A stretch of DNA of 64,000 bases from the NCBI GenBank assembly GCA_036785375.1, contig JAWMAR010000430.1, forward strand, positions 1,674,001 through 1,738,000, read 5' to 3'. Positions within the stretch are counted from its first letter, which is position 1. Each line of letters begins with the position of its first letter. Below the pieces are notes generated by a model. The model ran no database searches. It had not been told where the DNA came from and worked only from the letters and a program-made list of their open reading frames with translations. The translations under genes and the position numbers were made by a program. This DNA comes from Leucoraja ocellata (Eukaryota). Shown piece after piece: positions 63,220 to 64,000 of the stretch.

Positions 63220-63661
63220 AACCTTGTGTGTGTGTGTGTGTAACCCTGTGTGTATGTCTCCCCGTGTGTGTTTGTCTGTCTCCCTGTGTGTCTGTCTCCC
63301 TGTGTGTGTGTGTGTGTGTGTATCTGTCTCCCTNNNNNNNNNNNNNNNNNNNNNNNNNNNNNNNNNNNNNNNNNNNNNNNNNNNNNNNNNNNNNNNNNNN
63401 NNNNNNNNNNNNNNNNNNNNNNNNNNNNNNNNNNNNNNNNNNNNNNNNNNNNNNNNNNNNNNNNNNNNNNNNNNNNNNNNNNNNNNNNNNNNNNNNNNNN
63501 NNNNNNNNNNNNNNNNNNNNNNNNNNNNNNNNNNNNNNNNNNNNNNNNNNNNNNNNNNNNNNNNNNNNNNNNNNNNNNNNNNNNNNNNNNNNNNNNNNNN
63601 NNNNNNNNNNNNNNNNNNNNNNNNNNNNNNNNNNNNNNNNNNNNNNNNNNNNNNNNNNNNN
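62640..63661. other. Purine-rich and (TG)n low-complexity sequence with assembly gaps (N at 62878-63153 and 63334-63661)
   Basis: Directly visible. Confidence 0.97.
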
Positions 63662-63693
63662 CTGTGCATCTGTTGTCACATCCTGGCCTTAGA

Positions 63694-63930
63694 CAGGGCT
63701 GCCAACTCTCACGGTTTGAGCGTGAGAGTCACGCATTTCTGCCATTTCTCACGCTGACAGCATTCTCACGCTGTCTTCAGTCCCTGCACAGTTTGTCTTT
63801 TTGCGCCATATCACAACGATCTGTGCGGTCTGGGGAAGTGCGTCAGTTGGCGACTGTGAGTGACGTCGCATCTCTTCTCTTCTCTTCTTTCTTGGTTGGA
63901 TGTGCAGCCGTCGACAACATGAAGCAGCCG
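63694..63930 (+). mobile_element. Second, same-orientation copy of the hAT-like left end
   Basis: CAGGGCTGCCAACTCTCACG..., alignable to 62249-62490. Confidence 0.6.
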
Positions 63931-64000
63931 GAGATAAAACTAACCAGGTGAATCGGTTGTAAAACATGGGGAGGACCACAATGAGGCCAAACATCTAGGA

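Noticed and set aside
62564-63951. Long ORFs of 150-370 aa in the track
   Set aside because: They run through N gaps and (TG)n or purine low-complexity sequence.
63945-64000. Possible next upstream exon of the giant gene (MFGLIVVLPMFYNRFT, donor gttagt)
   Set aside because: In that frame the donor is phase 2, while exon a needs phase 1. The window edge and gaps prevent resolution.

Overview
Vertebrate genomic DNA, AT-rich and intron-dominated. The repeat set (HE1/V-SINEs, CR1 and Rex-Babar LINEs, Penelope-derived repeats) points to a cartilaginous fish, probably a skate or ray (inference). Three spliced genes were reconstructed by hand from splice sites and phase continuity. (1) Plus strand, 361-25543: the last 16 coding exons (~773 aa) of a non-gastric H+/K+-ATPase alpha subunit (ATP12A). 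It is intact but has changes in normally conserved motifs (TGD>SGD, GVNDSP>GVNDAP). (2) Minus strand, 34370-26222: a 6-exon, ~164-aa CXorf65/C22orf15-like gene with a GC-AG intron, convergent with ATP12A. (3) Minus strand, 62073-37014: the last 17 exons (~867 aa) of a large uncharacterised single-pass membrane protein, with coiled coils and an HxxxH zincin-like motif lacking the catalytic Glu; its 5' part is not resolved here. Non-coding highlights are Penelope-derived fold-back elements with hammerhead-ribozyme-like cores, two long near-perfect hairpins just upstream of 3' splice sites, a 38-bp micro-transposon whose empty site is also in the window, two young CR1 LINEs and a probable Helitron. 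Two assembly gaps lie near the right end. Family names come from recalled motifs, not database searches.
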